From Marsupella aquatica (lineage: Eukaryota; Plantae; Marchantiophyta), in contig OZ316894.1 of NCBI GenBank assembly GCA_973895155.1, positions 6,120,368 to 6,184,367 on the forward strand: 64,000 bases of DNA, given 5' to 3'. How positions within the stretch are numbered: position 1 is the stretch's first letter; every line of letters starts with the position of its first letter. Under the pieces are notes generated by a model, which worked only from the letters and a program-made list of their open reading frames with translations, made no database searches and was not told the DNA's origin. Positions 23,955 to 35,634 of this stretch are shown in pieces. The position numbers and the translations under genes are program-made.

Positions 23955-24170
23955 TGGCTTTTGGCCATAAGCAAATGGCAACATTTCACATGGTTATATA
24001 AAAGTTTTTTGGGGGCTTTTTTCTTCAGAAACCTCTAGAGTGATTTATGGTCATGGCATATGACCAATCCTACCACTCTTACCTCTCGAGTAAATTCTGG
24101 TCATGGCATATGACCAATGTTTATGGCAAAAAGTTATGGATTATGAATATGGTAGTCCATAACTTTTCTG
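23955..24170. repeat. Second copy of the dispersed repeat family seen at 12390-12710
   Basis: It shares ttttggccataa.caaatg, ggtcatggcatatgaccaat and ttatggcaaaaagttatgga. It contains the hairpin aaaagttatggatta...tagtccataactttt. Confidence 0.75.
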
Positions 24171-26199
24171 TCCCTACCTGAGAGTTAAGGTTCATCACAT
24201 TTAAAGCTTTGAGTGGTGGACCTAGCCACCCAACACCCTCACCAATTCCAGCACCCTTGCCTAAGTGCCCTTGGTGTCCGAACGCCTACACAGACCTCCT
24301 TGAGCAAGCACTTAGGTACCTCTTGCATCTCCAGCAGCAACTCCCATACGAAGTTGCACTTGCCCCCTAACACGACCCTCACTCAACGGTCCTCACTATA
24401 TGCGGAAGCAACCAAACACCTCAATAAGTAACCAGTAGGATCTAGGCCCTCCCACACTAGTATCTAACTCAAGCTCAACAAACATTTCTTGGATCCTAAC
24501 TCAAGCTCAACAAACATTGATAAGTAGGTCAACGAATAGAACCTATTGGGCCCGCATGGCCTTGCCAAAGCCAAAGCCAAAGCCAACACCACTTGCTTGT
24601 CCAAAACAACGCCTCTTTGGGTGCCACCAATGCTTCCCCACTTTTTATCCATCATTGGTTGACTACCCTACACCCAGGACATGCTCGTGGCCCAAATTAG
24701 CTTAGCTTGTCCCTAGCTTGTCCTAAAACATCGGGACCAAATTGGTCCCAACTCTAGCAACCCATAGGCCAAATACACTTGGAACTCAACCTCCATACCT
24801 ACTCTGCTTTGTCTCCCCGACGTAAGCTCCCGTGGGAAATTGAACACGGCTTGGTTGTTGTTTTGACAGGATTTGGCAAGCGGGCGAGATAGCCACTACA
24901 AGCCCTGAGGATCCATGGCACTCCCAGACCTAGTTGAGCTTAGGAGGATGTAGTCCTCCTCAAGAGCTTTTCAACGCATCCAAGAAGTCCCCCAACGGAC
25001 TTTCCGTTGAGAAGCTATTGTTGTTTTCATTTGGCGTTTCCTCTTGGTGTCGCGACCGCCGCGACTTACGACTTGGGTTCGCCCTTGGCCCCCAGGGAGA
25101 CACCACTCCCCTCATATATGTTTCTGGAGACCTGCCACCCCCAAACCGACTTTGGTCCCCTATATTTGGCTCTCAACTTGGACTCCAACCCGCACGCATG
25201 GACACGCAACTATCTTGCTATGCCCATAACTTTAAAGCTAGATGTCCGCAAGTGTAGTGCCTTAGCCTGTTGTGATTGGGCTGACCCAGTGCTCATTGCT
25301 TAGGCCCTCAGAACCCATTTGTCAATAAGGAGTCTTAGATGGCCACACCTGGGTCGCGCCGTATCTCATGCGTCAAACGTCCGTTGCGCATGAAGTAAAC
25401 TTCTTTTAGCCTTGAATGGGTCCAAGAGGAGCTCTCACTCAAGCCCTCTGAACTCAAAGTCCGTCCGAGGGTACGGACGGTCCACCCTGATCCCGACCCT
25501 TCCCATGACCCAACCAACTCCTAACTAGTCTAAGTGCTTAGTGTGCTTCACCAGCTTAGCACTTTGCCCTTGCTAGTGCAAAGCCTTGTTGCCCACTAGT
25601 CTCCCCATACTTCGTCCCCACCGGATGGCCATTCGAGAGGCTTGGACCATAGAGGAGCTCGGCATTGGAGTCAGCGGGGTTGGAGCTAAGTGTTAGGGTG
25701 GTCGAGTTCTGTGACTCTTTGAGACCCCTTAATGTTACAAGTTTCTTCCTCGTTTTCTTGAAAGGAACACTTTACTTGTGAGAAAAACAAACCCCAATAT
25801 AGACCGTAGTAATAGGCTGGATCGTAGACCATCAAAGGCCAACAGCCACTCATAGACCAAACATGTTCAGTCAAGAGGCCAAGGAAAAAAGAGTAACTAT
25901 AGGTGAAAGGGCACCAGAACCACCCAAGGAACCACCCACCAAAGAAAAACCAACTAAACAACTACAACAAATATTAAGAGGGCTGACTCAGCCAAAAGCA
26001 CAGGAAAAGAACCAGCAAGTCACTAAAAATTGAACAACTATCTTTTAACTAAATCCACAGTCAAAGAGGATTCACTAGATTTGCTCAAAAACATGAATGA
26101 CAAAAGGATCTAAAAGGATCTCAAGTAATAATGAGTCCAATACCCTAAGAATTCAAGGAGGATCAAAAGTCCACCAAGGGAAAATTAAAGTCCAAATCA

Positions 26200-26800
26200 G
26201 AAAACCATCCTGCAACCAAAAAAAGCCCCCATCCTGTCCAAAATCTTTCACCATATGACCAATAGATCCTGACCAGCAATGCCCCTCCAGCTCCTTATGA
26301 CAATCAGACCCCCTCTTCCATCAAATATAATTTTGATACAAAGACAAATCTCCAGCCAGATTTTGAGTTGAATACCAATAACAGGGATTCTCATTACTTC
26401 CTGTTCCAAAGAGCATCGACTTTCCAAATCTGCCAGGTAAAATACCACACACCAAATTCCAGAGTTTAAGTGGGATCCCGCGACTTCTCACCAGTGGGAC
26501 CTTAAGAATTGCATGGATGAAATGGCAGATCAGCTATATAGGTGACACCAAAACTCGTTGAACCATTTTTTGCAACCCAATCCCAAGATCAATCTGCTGT
26601 GAGTGTGGGCATTAGCAATGGGTAATTTGTTCATGAGCATTCTCTTTGCAAGTTACCATTTAGGTGATAAAAGAATGACCCCCAATCTTTCTCAAGCATA
26701 AGATACTTGTGGTGTGGGCTGGGATTACAAGGTTATAACCTTATGACCAGAGAGTGAATAAAAGCTGATTGGCGGCACCAAGAATCTTTTCCGAGCATTC
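26200..26800 (-). mobile_element. Decayed LINE ORF2 C-terminal (zf-RVT region) fragment
   Basis: Minus-strand fragments with stops and frameshifts read FLSPKW..KRMLMNKLPIA, WDWVAK and WYFTWQIWK, typical of plant L1 C-termini. Confidence 0.5.
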
Positions 26801-29490
26801 TAGGAATATAGGGTCCAAGCTAGATCCCCTACCTAGACCTCCATTATTGTGTAATCGCTATCCAAAAAAGATTACTGATTAGGAGTTTCTGGGCAAGAGA
26901 TTATGCAAATAGCAAGCAACTCCAGAAACTAATGGTTACATGCGAGTAACCTGTATTCAGGACTGTGTCAAGTATTTTGTATATGATTAAGGGCTTTTGG
27001 TTTGTGTAATCTTCAACTGGGCAGATTCAATTGTGCCATATGGAGGATGAATTCAAATTAAAAATTTTGGAGTGATGCATGGTCGTGCAATTTTATGAAG
27101 GGCTGGGATTGGAAGGCTGCTAAGCTGCTAGATTGGATGGTGCTGGCATTATGTGCTTGCCATGTGTAGGAGACCAGGGTCATTGTGTTCTCGCTGATGC
27201 AAAGTAGGTTTTGGTGATTGAGGAGCTCAATTTTGTGGCACTGCTGGTCTGTGCTGCTGGCCGATACGTTGCCTCTATCTAACAAAGATGTGCTGTTGGT
27301 TGATATGCTACTGGTCGATGTATTGCTAGTAGATGTGTCAATGTTGCTGCTGCCCTATTGCTAGACGATAGTTGATATGTTGTGAAATTGTTTTTGGATG
27401 TCAATGCGCTCATGCTATTGCTGCTGGCCGATAAGTTGTTCATGGATGTTGATGCGTTGATGCTGCCTCCGTGACCTGGAAACATGAAAAATCATAACAA
27501 AAAAATTCAAGGGAGATAACAAGAATCTTTGTGCTCACAACCAAAAAAACATTTAATTTTCAAGAGCCAAACAACACTATTTCTATGATATCTATGATCC
27601 ACCAATTTTTGTCTTCAAAAAACCCTACTTTGTCATAATGGGACAAGTTTACTAATGTTGGGCGCTATCCAAAATGCAATGATATATCTTCATAGTAGTT
27701 GCAAGGGTTATAATAAGCAAATTACATGACATGTTAGGCAAACAAAATGTGCATGCTTTACTAAAAGACATGTAATTTGTATTTTTTTAGTGAATGTTTT
27801 ATTAGCATTTTGGCAAGGGTTATCATTAACGTCGCCTCCTGACTCAAGCCAAAACACCATCATAGTCTTTACATAGTGGCAAATTTTAAAATTGACATAC
27901 AATAAAATCCTATATTTGTTGAACGCTTACAAAAATGGAATATAGTTCTCCTAATAGCCCAAGTGCGTATTTTTTGCATTTGGTCAAATCTGATACTCTT
28001 TGAATTCTAAGGAGGAAAATTAAAGTGTACATCATTATCAAGATGATTAAAATAGTGCTTACACGAGGGGCACAATCTTCACCAGAAAATTCCTCATGTA
28101 GAAGGATTTTTTATATCTAATTCCTAATTAAATAAAATCTTCAATATAGGGATATCTCATTAATGTTTTGTAACTTCTTGAACATAGATATCAATGTATG
28201 GATATAATTCACACGAGTAACAAAAATTTCTGAACCCATGTGACGGATAGACACCCAAGTCTAATTTCAATCTCTATTTTGCAAGAGATTTGGGATAATA
28301 TTAATTTGACTACTTTTAAAATTGTCTTTTCCAACCCACAAACTATTCATTCTATATTAACACACAAAAATATAATGATGTTTGTATAATATATTATTCA
28401 TTCTATAAATGTGTGTTGTTGTTATCTTCACAAATTTTCTTAAAATTATTTCTAAATTATTGTCATAAGAGGGTGAGCTGCTTAAGAAAATGAGAAAAGT
28501 CTTGGGCTACAACATGATTAGAGTTTGACACTCTCTCGTGACCCCAAAATATATATCATAGAATAAGAAAAATATGGTAACAATGCCATACTCTACTATA
28601 CAAGTTGGCCTAATTTAATGTGTTTAAGGTAGTGAAGATTAAACTCTTTGAATTAAATCTGGGAACAAATCTCATATAAGCTCCAAATGCAAAGGAAATT
28701 GAGATAAATTTAACATCTTTATATGACATAATCCCTAATCTAATACCTAATTGGTATCTCAATAATCCTGAAATCTTGTATATAATGTCATAAATCATAT
28801 TTATTTGACGTATTGATTGATAAAAGTGGCAAATGCTATTATCAAATGACACCTTCATGTTTAGAGACATCCGTCATTTTTTAAGGAAAATGTAGGAAAA
28901 GAGTCAATTACAAAAAATAATAAACATAAACCCATATAGGAAAATAGCAAAAAAGATTAAAATAAAATAATACGAGCAATAGGAGCTGGTAATATCCTAC
29001 TTGGCTTAATCCTCTCTAGGACTAATATTATTTTTAAAAATTTCTATTAAAACTTGAGCTAAAAATTAAAAATTTTTACTAGAGCCGAGAGCTAGTAATA
29101 TACAAGTCATCAAGATATTCCAAAATGACACTATATAATCTCATATATAATCGCATCATGTTTTCCAAAAAAAGTAAACAAAGAGTAACAAAAATGGTGA
29201 AATATTACTAGCTATATTTATTAATTACGATGAAATATTATTAGCTAGGAATATGAGCAAAAATGATAAAGCCTAAATGATATATTTTGATTAGCCCAGG
29301 CACTGCTATAAATTTTGGTTAAAAGCAATGGTTCTGATTATCAAATTTATTATATTAGTTTGTGATGCTACTATATTATATCATCACTTGTTATGTGTTA
29401 ATGATTATATTTATCAATAATATTATTCAATGTCACTAGTTCTGACCTTATGACTACCAAAAAACAATATAGCATCCTCTAATGGTCTAA

Positions 29491-29599
29491 TGTCATGGAA
29501 TGAATGCAATAGATAACTGTATAGTCAGGAATGTGTGTACATATAGTGGGGTCGGGTGACCGGCTGGTCCGGTCGTCCGGTCATAGGTAGAGTCTAACA
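29491..29599 (-). repeat. 3' LTR (109 bp)
   Basis: tgtcatggaatgaatgc...gtagagtctaaca, with ctcccctt adjacent (PPT AAGGGGAG on the minus strand). Confidence 0.95.
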
Positions 29600-29911
29600 C
29601 TCCCCTTTGGATATATAGTGACAACTATATAGACAACATGGACTATACCTATTATATCATGTTCATAGGAAATACATGATATAAGTACAAGCGAGGTAGA
29701 CTGCCTCGTTAAAAAACCTTTATCAACTCTAGCTTAGTAAAAACTCTATCAGTGTAGCAGAGAAAAAATATGAGTGCTAAAGGAAAAAGAGTGCAGTCTA
29801 ACAGTCCTCGTCGTAATAAATGTCAATATTAAATAAAGTCAGATGCTATAGTAAATCTAGCTTTAATATTTGTCTCAACAGTAGGTCGTCAGCATCATGT
29901 CATCAGCAGCA

Positions 29912-32900
29912 TCAATCGTCATGTGGAGTAGCAGCCTCCACGGTCATCATGCGTCGCACGCTCCGCAATCCAATCGCCTGGCAGTGTCGGTGGTGAACTG
30001 ATGGTGATAGTGATTTGGTGAAGAGATCCGCACAGTTGTCTGCACTTGAAATCTGCAAAATGTTGATCTCTTTTCCATGTAACTCGTGGGTGTAGAAAAA
30101 CTTTGGAGCTATATGCTTCACGCGATCGCCTTTGATGAATCCTTTCGTGATCTGCTGTATACATGTTGCGTTATCCTCAAAAATGTTAGTAGGCTTCGTT
30201 AGTGGTGGTAGGCCGCATTTGGTGTTGATGTGGTTTATAAAGGATCGTAACCAAACGGCTTCACGACTAGCCTCATGTAGAGCTAAGATTTCTGAGTGAT
30301 TCGATGAGGTTGCTGTTAGGGTCTGTTTCACGCTTTTCCAAGAAAAAGCGGTACCCCCTATGGTAAAAACATATGCAGTTTGGGATTTTGCGATATCAAT
30401 GTCGGAGAGGTATCCGGCATCCGCATATCCTATGAGCTCGTGGTTTGCACCGAATGGGTAAAATAACCCGGTATCGGTGGTTCCACGTAGATATCTAAAT
30501 ACGTGTTTAACTCCATTCCAGTGTCTGGATGTGGGAGTTGCACTATGTCTAGCTAGTAAGTTAATTGCAAATGCAATGTCTGGTCGTGTCTGATTTTCTA
30601 GATACATTAATGCTCCTATCGCAGAAAGATACAGAGTTTATGGTCCTAATATTGGTTCATGTTCTTCGCGTTTGCGAAAAACATCAGTATTGTTTTCTAA
30701 TGAACGTACAACCATTGGTGACGTCAATGGGTGTGCTAGGTTCATATTGAACTATTTTAGGATCTTTTCGGTTTGTGTGATTTGGTGGAGCATCATGCCA
30801 GTAGGTAAGATCTTCAGTTGTAGTCCTAAGCAAAAGTTTGTATGTCCACTTGAGATCTTTCATCTCAAATGTTGATTTAAGACGAGTAATAGTATCTTCG
30901 GTAATTTGGGGTGTCCCGAATATGTTTAAGTCATCAACATAGATAGAAACGATGATATATTCGTCATCCATATGTTTAATAAATAAACATGGGGTAATTG
31001 CATCATGGGTAAAACCCATGGTAATCATTTCATCAGTAAATCTTTGATACCATACTCTGCCACTTTGTTTCAGGCCATATAATGCCTTCAACACGCGGAT
31101 AACTAGTCCACAACGAGTATTCCGTACGGTTGACACAACGGTGTCGTTATTATGAGTTACATGTGTAAATGACACATGAGGTGTAACTTGAGATAATTGT
31201 TTTATAATCTTATGTAAATATGTGATATGCGATTTAGCGCCTTGAGCTAAAGCTCGGCAACGTTGCTCCAACTCGGGAGGTGATCGCATGTATAGACACG
31301 TGTCTAAAGTTCCATATAGATATGCGGTTGCAACATCCAGTTGTCGCATCTGTAGTTTATGGAAAATGGCAAATCCGATAAGGTATCGGAATGTTGTGCT
31401 ATCCATAACCGGTGAATAAGTTTCATCGTAATGAATTCCCGGTTGTTGGGTAAATCCTTTCCCTACCAGACGTGCTTTGTAGCGTACAACTTGGCCTTTA
31501 TCATTTCTTTTTCGGACAAATGTCCACTTGTAGCCAATGAGGTGTATGTCTTGCGGTGTTGGCTCGACTGGGCCAAAAGTGTGTCTGCTTAGTAGGGAAT
31601 CTAATTCTCCGTTGATAGCTTTCTGCCATTCAGGCCAATCTGGTCTGTTTTGGCATTCTAAGATGGATATTGGTTCTGGTGTCTTGTCAGTGATATGTGT
31701 TGCAACCATTAATGCAAAAGCATCATCTATTGAGGTAGTATTTCTATCCCACATCGCACCGGTGTGTGCGTAGTGGATAGAGATCTCCTCATGAGTTGTA
31801 GATTCGATATGATCGACATTAGGTGAAGGTGGTATAGATGAACCACGCCTTCTTGGTTGTTTATCCTTTGATCCCAAGGGTCTGCCACGTTTGGCACGAG
31901 GCTGGGATGTATTTGCTGGCTCACTTGATAATTCAATGCAAGCAGATGCTCTCGCAGCTGGAATATGTGAGCGGGTAACTTGTGATGTATCGACAAAAGC
32001 GTCTGGAAGTTCTTCCACAATCTTGTGGAGTTGCAAAATTTGCTGAACTTCTTTCTCCCCTTGATTGGTTCTAAGGTCTTGCCAAAATGACGAATGTCTT
32101 TCCCACTCCAAAGGTGGTTGTGGGTGTTCAGGGGTTATTAATGGTGGATAAACATGTTCATCAAAATGGCAATCTAGAAATCTGGATTTAAAAACATCGC
32201 CAGTTGTTGGCTCCATATATCGGATTATGGACGGAGAGTCAAATCCGATGTATATCCCCAACTGTCGTTGGGGTCCCATCTTGGTTCGTTTGGGTGGAGT
32301 AATGGGGGGGACCATTACTTGACATCCAAATGAACAAAGATGTGATAGGTCAGGTTTGATACCATTAGCAATTTGGTATGGGCTATAGGTATTAAAAGCT
32401 GATGGGCGGTATTGAATTAATGTATTAGCCTGTAATATGGCATGTCCCCATGCTGAGACGGGGAGTTTTGACTGCATTAGTAGTGGGCGTGCAATTAGCT
32501 GAAGACGTTTAATGACAGCTTCAGCTAATCCGTTCTGAAAATGCACGTGAGGTATAGGATATTGTACATCGATGCCAAGTAATGTACAAAAGTCATCAAA
32601 TGTTTCAGATGTGAATTCCCCTACGTTGTTCACCCTTAGTGTCTTAATGGGGTGATCTGGGAATTGTGCTTTCACGCGCAAGATTTGCGCCAAAATGCGA
32701 GGCATAACCATGTTCCTCGTTGAAAGTAGTGTCACATTTGACCATTTAGTTGATGCGTCAATTAATACCATAAGTAGCGAAAAGGTCCGCTTGGAGGGTT
32801 AATTGGCCCGCAAACATCTGCATGGATGATTTCCAAGAATTGGGGTATTTTAGTTGGCAATTTTGATGCCGTGGGCCTTGTTATTAATTTTCCGCGTGAG

Positions 32901-34024
32901 CATGCAGTGCATGGGGTGCTCGCTGGAATGTGGCGTGTATTGATTGGAATGCCTCTTGAATTCTTAATGATTTTGGTTAGCATTGATTGGCCGGGGTGGC
33001 CGAGGCGTGCATGCCAAAGCGCATGCAATTTTCTTGTGTTGGCATTGTTATGCAGGCATTCAATATGAGTTACATAAAACCCGCAAGGATACAAGAAAAG
33101 GGTTTCTTTAATGATTTTCCCCGTAGGGGTATTTTCGACCAAGTGTATCACTTCCTGATCTCTGGTATCGCTCGTCTGGATATGTAGTCCATTCGCTCGT
33201 ATATCTCTAAAATTGAGGAGATTACGGGTTGCGTTCGGGGCAAAAATAGCAGATTCTATGTGGATGGCTGTACCCTACGGGAGTCTAATAGAAGCTGGGC
33301 CGAAGCCTTCTTCTATTTGGCTAGGGCCATTTATAGTGGTCAGGGACCTACGTGAAGGTGTGATCTTATGGAATCTTATGTGAATATGGGTTTCTCTCTG
33401 TGGTCCTTGGGCTAGTGTACCCGCAGGGCATTTTCTAGAGTTAACTAAAAGAAGCTCTTGGTTTCTTTCTGTGACTAGGAGGTGGGCTATGAGCTCAGAG
33501 TATTGCCCGAACTTCATGTTCCGGTACTGTGTTGATAGTAACACGTTCGAAGAGTGAAACGTGGACAAGGTCTTTTCTAGCAGATCCTTGTCGGTGACTG
33601 GCTCGCCACAGAGTGCAAGGGTTGAAGTGATTCTGAAGAGCTTGCTATTGTAGGCTAAAATAGAGGTAAAGTCTTGGACTCGCAGGTTTAGCCAGTCTTG
33701 CCTGGCTTTAGGTAATTCAACCAGTTTTTGGTGGTCGAATCGGGTTTAGAGCGCTGTCCATAGTTCACGAGGGGTTGAGAGGTGCATGTATTGTCTTTGC
33801 AGGAATCTATGGATATGGCATCTAAGGAATACGAGAGCCTTAGATTCGTTGACTTTAGTTAACGGGTCTGGTTGGGGTTCGCCGACTAGTATAGGTTGAG
33901 CCATCCCTATAGCTGGGAGTAGGGTTAGTGAGGTTAGGTTCTCTCTGAGGTTCATTGACCATTCCAGGTAGTTGCTACCATCAATTTCTAGGGCTGGAAA
34001 AGTTAATTTTTCGAGGTTGGTCAT
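29912..34024 (-). pseudogene. gag-pol of the Bianca element (gag, partial protease, GAG-pre-integrase, integrase, RT, RNase H)
   Basis: Motifs include LWHARLGHPG, QNGLAE, YKARLV, LYGLKQSGR, YVDD, GYADAGY, FEDN and ADLFTKSL. Premature stops at about 33746, 33275 and 30640; frameshifts at about 32770 and 30850. The integrase RxDN motif is changed to RVNN. Confidence 0.93.
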
Positions 34025-35270
34025 CGGGGTGGTGGCTTGATTCCTTTTAATGGTGGTTGAGGCTTATATACTAGTAAGTATAGTAGGAAATGACAAAGCA
34101 CATTTCTGCGGCATGCAAGGTGGGGCTGGGTGGAGAGGGCATGCAAATCTGGAATTCGATTTTAGGGTTTGCACTTAGGATTTAGGTTTTCCTTGGTATT
34201 TGGTTAACTGCAAAGTTTCCTTTCTATTTGTTCTTTCCTTTGTTAAACTATGCAGTAATGAAGTTTTGCAGTTTGTGCAGTTATGGGTGGTTATTTACTC
34301 ATGCCCTGGTTAAGTGCACATGCGGCTTGTAAGGTTAATTTTCTTTGTTACGAAATGCAGTTATGGAGGTTTTGTGGTTATGTGCGCTTATTTGGTTAAG
34401 TGCAACTTTTCCTTTGTGATTGAAATCTTTTTGATGGATTTTGCAGTTAAGGAGGTTTTGCACTTAGCGGCGGTTTTCGAGGTTTTCTCGACGTTTTGCA
34501 GTTTCAATGTGGTGGGATTTGATGGCGGTTGCGCCCCTTGTGCGCTCCTCTCTCGATCTCCCCTTTGTGCTACTTTCTTTGGCTGCGCCTTGTAATGCTC
34601 CTCTTCACTTCTATTAGATCTGGTTCTTTTCTCATTTCGCTTCATCTTTCTATTGTTCATCCATCTTTTTCGTGCATCGATTTTGCTTATCTCCTTGCCT
34701 CAAGATTTCAATTCGCTCACATTTCTATCTTTGGTGTTGCTGCTCTTATCATCGTCCCTCCATGACTGCTTGTTCTCTCTTCTTTAATTCCGAATCAGGC
34801 TTCCACTTGCTCTTTTCTTCGAGTTCTGCTGATTCTCTCGATTGTGATTCGCTCTCTCTCTGGCCTCAGTTCACTGCACTTTCTTCCCTCTGAATTGGAT
34901 CTTGTCTCTCTTTTCAAGCTTGACTTCGATGTCTTCTCAGTCACTTATCGCAGTGTCCTTATCTGCTTCACTTGGTTCAAATTCGCCTGCCAATGCAGGT
35001 CCTCTTCTTTCAGGGTCGATCTGTTTGCAAATGAATTTCGGATGTCTTCTCTCTCGATTCTCCTCTATAATTCCTAATCGATGTCCTTATGCAATTTTTG
35101 TTTTCTGCCCTTATGCGCCGGATGCTTGTCCCTTCATTCGCTTACTCACTTTCCTTTCTATCTCTTCGGGTTCGGTCAGGGATTTCTCTGTCAACTCAAT
35201 TCCGCTTTTGATCCTTCACAATTCTGCCATAGCTTTGTAGATTTCTATCCTCCGCTCAGTATGATTGCTA

Positions 35271-35283
35271 CGTGCTGATAACG
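35271..35283 (-). other. Primer-binding site CGTTATCAGCACG, complementary to the anticodon arm of tRNA-Ile(AAU/IAU) (half-tRNA priming)
   Basis: It lies immediately inside the 5' LTR and lacks the usual TGG (CCA-end) start. Confidence 0.75.
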
Positions 35284-35392
35284 TGTCATGGAATGAATGC
35301 AATAGATAACTGTATAGTCAGGAATGTGTGTACATATAGTGGGGTCGGGTGAACGGCTGGTCCGGTCGTCCGGTCATATGTAGAGTCTAACA
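35284..35392 (-). repeat. 5' LTR (109 bp)
   Basis: 107/109 identical to 29491-29599. Confidence 0.95.
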
Positions 35393-35634
35393 TCTAAGAC
35401 AATTTTTTCTATTGAAAACTGTTCTCATGATCTCAGATGTTGTGTTGATCAAAGAATAGGGTTGTGTCAAAATTGGTCCACTTACTAGCATAACAATATA
35501 TAACTTGAAAAGAAGATTGTCTCGTAAATTTTTTTAATCATAGACACGAATTGCACGGGGAATTGCATGAGCATTTTTTCACAATGGATATGAAGTCAAG
35601 GTCTCATTTTATCTATGACTATGATGAGATTGGT

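Larger units (their letters stand above)
29491..35392 (-). mobile_element. Ty1/copia LTR retrotransposon, Bianca lineage, intact boundaries but defective
   Basis: The 109-bp LTRs (TG...CA) at 29491-29599 and 35284-35392 differ at 2 positions. TSD TCTAA at 29486-29490 and 35393-35397. PPT at 29600-29607, PBS at 35271-35283. Gag begins MTNLEKLTFPALEIDGSNYLEW and INT reads FLEIIHADVCGPINPPSGPFRY, both Bianca-type. Confidence 0.95.

Noticed and set aside
24200-25700. GC-richer region with several 60-107 aa ORFs
   Set aside because: No recognisable domain or termini. Probably TE debris, but it cannot be assigned.
27600-29490. Faint RecQ-helicase-like echoes on the minus strand of the AT-rich block (e.g. 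VSFDNSICHF, CTFCLP)
   Set aside because: Too decayed to distinguish from chance by eye, and on the opposite strand to the relic at 35635-36807. It needs a frameshift-aware HMM search.
34314-35278. Cluster of plus-strand ORFs antisense to the retroelement leader
   Set aside because: Explained by pyrimidine-rich composition that depletes stop codons; the translations are low-complexity (Ser/Leu/Phe).
29491-35392. Apparent paradox of near-identical LTRs but many inactivating mutations
   Set aside because: Two differences in 109 bp still imply dozens of substitutions over 5.9 kb, enough to explain a few stops and frameshifts.
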